Below, piece after piece: positions 63,900 through 64,000 of a stretch of 64,000 nt of DNA (its first letter is position 1; each line of letters starts with the position of its first letter). The notes beneath the pieces are model-generated. The model saw nothing but the letters and a program-made list of their open reading frames with translations, was not told the DNA's origin and did no database searches. Origin of the DNA: Laetmonice hystrix (lineage: Eukaryota). The stretch lies in NCBI GenBank assembly GCA_965235115.1, contig OZ249436.1:35714001-35778000 (forward strand), written 5' to 3'. The position numbers were made by a program, and so were the translations under genes.

Positions 63900-64000
63900 C
63901 TTCAAACAGCAATAAAAATGGTCCTCAATGTTTCTTTGTGGGACAGGGCTTCTGCCAGGGGACAATATCGGGTTTGGAGTGAAGAGAAATCCTTTATATG

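Overview
Repeat-rich eukaryotic (animal, probably marine invertebrate/lophotrochozoan) genomic DNA with five protein-coding loci, all on the minus strand. They are: (1) the first coding exon of an NKCC/SLC12A2-like cotransporter, whose first intron runs off the left edge; (2) an intronless class-A peptide GPCR; (3) a 4-exon FkbM/Star-like type II membrane methyltransferase; (4) a 5-exon WBP1/VOPP1-like PPxY membrane protein that the ORF track largely misses; (5) the last 16 coding exons of a UBAP2/UBAP2L (lingerer) gene. The rest is dominated by non-autonomous DNA transposons (many nested, several with clear TIRs/TSDs), a LINE RT relic, a tRNA-derived SINE, minisatellites and palindromes. The most unusual signal is a pervasive, regionally clustered TA->TAGGCCTA / TAGATCTA micro-insertion signature. 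It shows up as insertions when paralogous repeat copies are aligned, and its sequence matches the GG...CC termini of TA-flanked elements in the same window, suggesting heavy cut-and-paste excision footprinting that even reaches coding exons in frame. UBAP2L introns also hold candidate structured RNAs and a perfect 131-bp palindrome. All calls were made by eye; no databases were searched.
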